DNA of 64,000 bases from Candidatus Hydrogenedentota bacterium (GTDB lineage: Bacteria; Hydrogenedentota; Hydrogenedentia; Hydrogenedentales; SLHB01), in NCBI GenBank assembly GCA_963745075.1, contig CAVUWV010000008.1, positions 1 to 64,000 of the forward strand, read 5' to 3'. Below the pieces are notes generated by a model. It was given only the letters and a program-made list of their open reading frames with translations, made no database searches and was not told the origin of the DNA. Positions within the stretch are counted from its first letter, which is position 1; each line of letters opens with the position of its first letter. Shown here in pieces: positions 61,678 through 64,000 of the stretch. Position numbers and translations under genes: made by a program.

Positions 61678-62172
61678 TCAGTTCACCGACTGAGCCGACG
61701 TTTCCTTGACCGCGGTTTGTGCAACGGTTGAGGTGAATCGCAATCCCTCGGTCACGTCTACGTCCCCGCGAAAGACGCCGGGTTCCTGGGCACGCAAATG
61801 AAACGTGAAACTCTTCGATTCTCCGCGCGGGATCTCCTCGTCAAACGTGTAACTCATCGAGTTGTCGAGCGGGACGTGCATGTTCGACTTCTCGACGGGA
61901 TCCACGCTGACGACGACGAATCCCGCGAGATATTCGTCGGCGATGTCAAGGTCACTCATGTGCAGGACGTCGCTCTCCCGCTGATTGGTTACGGTAACCA
62001 CGAGATCGAACGTATCGCCAACACCGACTTCGAGGGGCGCGTCAACCGACACCGCAACGCCTTCGGGGTCCTGGGAAATGTGATAGAAGAATCCGACCAT
62101 GACCGCCATGCCCGCAAACCCGATCAGCGCAATGCCCACACACCCCAGCGCGATTGCCTTTCCTGCGTTCAT
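61678..62172 (-). CDS. Hypothetical membrane-anchored Ig-like protein
   Basis: N-terminal TM, beta-rich; overlaps the upstream stop. Confidence 0.7.
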   Translation of the reverse strand: MNAGKAIALGCVGIALIGFAGMAVMVGFFYHISQDPEGVAVSVDAPLEVGVGDTFDLVVTVTNQRESDVLHMSDLDIADEYLAGFVVVSVDPVEKSNMHVPLDNSMSYTFDEEIPRGESKSFTFHLRAQEPGVFRGDVDVTEGLRFTSTVAQTAVKETSAQSVN

Positions 62173-62414
62173 TCGATTGGTTCTCCCTCTTGACTTTCTG
62201 GATGTTCCAGCAGTGCGCGGGCCGCTTCCGCTTGCGATTCCGGAACGGCAACCTTAACGGCACTGGCGGACGTCGCATACCACTGCAGCCACGTGCCGAC
62301 GACTTCGTCTGAAACGAACGTATTGTAACCGTTTCCGTCAAGGACAGACCGCGCGAAGTCGGCTTGAGCAACCGGACCTTCGAATACGACAACGAGATTT
62401 TCTTCGTGTCCCAT
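62169..62414 (-). CDS. DUF2007-like putative signal-transducing protein
   Basis: A.FARSVL..NG, VKVAVPESQAEAARALL; AGGAGG RBS. Confidence 0.75.
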   Translation of the reverse strand: MGHEENLVVVFEGPVAQADFARSVLDGNGYNTFVSDEVVGTWLQWYATSASAVKVAVPESQAEAARALLEHPESQEGEPIE

Positions 62415-62435
62415 GGCGCACCTCCTTTCCGTTCG

Positions 62436-62782
62436 CTACGACTCGGCTTCGACGGCGGCGATGAATTCGTCGTTGTACTGGATCGATTCGGGGGCCTTGC
62501 GCCATGTCCGGCGCGGCGCTCCGTGCGGCCTCGGTGACCGGTATAGGGGACGCCGTCTTTCACCCAAAACGCGGCGTGATGATCGCCGAGTACGGCCGTG
62601 CCGCCCTTGTACGTTCCCATGGAGAACTGGACGGAGCCGTCTGGCGACTTCGGCAGCAAGGGTATGACCAGCTTTGCATCGTTGAAAAGAGCCGTCTCTT
62701 TCGGCGTAAAGATCCGTCCGCACCCCAGGACGATGACGGCCAAGACGAGGATTGCGATTGTAACGCGGAGTTTTCGTCCCAT
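62436..62782 (-). pseudogene. Lipoprotein with two apparent +1 frameshifts (error or decay)
   Basis: VLGC lipobox; reading KDGVPYT / VTEAARSAAPDMAQ / PESIQYNDEF needs frame changes near 62540 and 62495. Confidence 0.55.
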
Positions 62783-62853
62783 AACATACTCCCTCAGTGG
62801 TCCACATCGAGTATGCACCGGAGTGGGGAGTATGTCAACGGGTGCAGAACGAA

Positions 62854-63005
62854 GAACACAGGCGGGGGCGCCTGTGCCACACTCGCTTGCCCGATACTTC
62901 GTCCCTGGTTTTTCATTTCAGGTTTTTGGATAGAGACTGCGGTGGAGATCACAAGACCGACGTGTTTGAGTTAACCGTGTGGCACAGGCGCCCCCACCTG
63001 TGTTC
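62854..63005. repeat. REPIN (GTGGCACAGGCG family)
   Basis: GAACACAGGCGGGGGCGCCTGTGCCACA / TGTGGCACAGGCGCCCCCACCTGTGTTC. Confidence 0.85.
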
Positions 63006-63083
63006 TTTGCCTGAGCGCGTGATTGGAATTGCTCCTAACTTGCGCTAGGCTGGACGCCACAACTCGCGAAGGGAGCGCATACC

Positions 63084-64000
63084 ATGAGTTCATTCTTGAT
63101 CGCACCGATGCTGGTGATGGCGGCGGCGGGCACGCATGTGCCGGTGATTCTCGATACGGATATCGGCGACGACATCGACGATACGTGGGCGCTAAACATG
63201 TTGCTGGGATCGCCGGAGGTCAATTTGAAACTCATCGTCACGTCGACCAACGACACGGAACGGAAGACGCGGCTGGTGGCGAAGATCCTCGAAGCGGTGG
63301 GCCGGATGGACGTTCCCATCGGCACGGGAGTCAAGCAGAACGATCGCACCATCAATCAGGAAGCCTGGCTCGGCGATTATTCGCTCGACCACTATTCGGG
63401 CGTCGTGCACGAGGATGGTATCGGCGAGATGATCAACCTAATCAACCAGTCGCCGGAACCCATCGTGCTGTGCGTCATCGGGCCACAACCCAATATTGCC
63501 GCCGCGCTGGAACGGGATCCGTCCATTGCGAAAAAGGCGCGCGTGGTGTCGATGGCGGGCAGCGTGTACATCGGCTACAACGGCAAAGAAAAGCCGAGTC
63601 CCGAGTACAACGTCGCGCACGATGTCGCCTCCGCGCGTACGGTGTTTGCCGCCCCGTGGGAGATCACATACGCGTCCCTCGACATCTGCGGCACGTTGCG
63701 GTTGCAGGGAGAACGGTATGAGGCGGTCGCATCGTCAGACAACCCGAGGGCTGCAGTGACGATCGCCAACTACGACCAGTGGGCCAACCGCAAGAATTAT
63801 CCCGCAAATAGCAGCAGCATCCTGTTCGACACGGCGGCGGCGTACCTTACTTTCAGCGAGAAGTTGTGCGACGTCGAGACGATCGATCTGTCCATCGACG
63901 ACAAGGGCAATACCGTGCCGGACGATGCGAAGGGGCGGCCGGTGCGTTGTGCATTGCGGTGGACCGATCGCGACGCCTTCGAGCAGCTCCTGGTGAAGGC
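63084..64000 (+). CDS. Nucleoside hydrolase, runs off window end
   Basis: DTDIGDDIDD, IGPQPNIA, MAGS, EYNV, LFD motifs. Confidence 0.9.
   Translation, partial: MSSFLIAPMLVMAAAGTHVPVILDTDIGDDIDDTWALNMLLGSPEVNLKLIVTSTNDTERKTRLVAKILEAVGRMDVPIGTGVKQNDRTINQEAWLGDYSLDHYSGVVHEDGIGEMINLINQSPEPIVLCVIGPQPNIAAALERDPSIAKKARVVSMAGSVYIGYNGKEKPSPEYNVAHDVASARTVFAAPWEITYASLDICGTLRLQGERYEAVASSDNPRAAVTIANYDQWANRKNYPANSSSILFDTAAAYLTFSEKLCDVETIDLSIDDKGNTVPDDAKGRPVRCALRWTDRDAFEQLLVK

Overview
GC-rich bacterial chromosomal window; the gene content looks like a PVC-adjacent or Hydrogenedentes-like lineage (inference only). It starts with what looks like an untrimmed Nanopore adapter. Housekeeping genes: purN, yebC-ruvC, SRP RNA-dnaX, ddl, nagA. 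It also holds flaG plus three short flagellins, two ECF42-type sigma factors with DGPF/YciI, VOC and SRPBCC genes that share a promoter motif, a frameshifted PVC-type haem/copper protein, glycan-degrading genes (GH3-LysM, GH172, GH95, GH29, sulfatase) and a complete V/A-type ATPase operon with Na+-binding signatures. Intergenic regions carry several REP/REPIN-like palindrome families. Top observations: (1) a 1.7-kb element without terminal inverted repeats, encoding a non-DDE protein with Rep_trans-like motifs and a winged helix, inserted exactly at a CTGGG core inside a REP palindrome; (2) a sigma28-driven ~560-nt flagellin leader full of AGGGA/GGA hairpins, resembling a CsrB-like sponge in cis; (3) a MITE inserted into a REP loop and several cassettes flanked by direct repeats.
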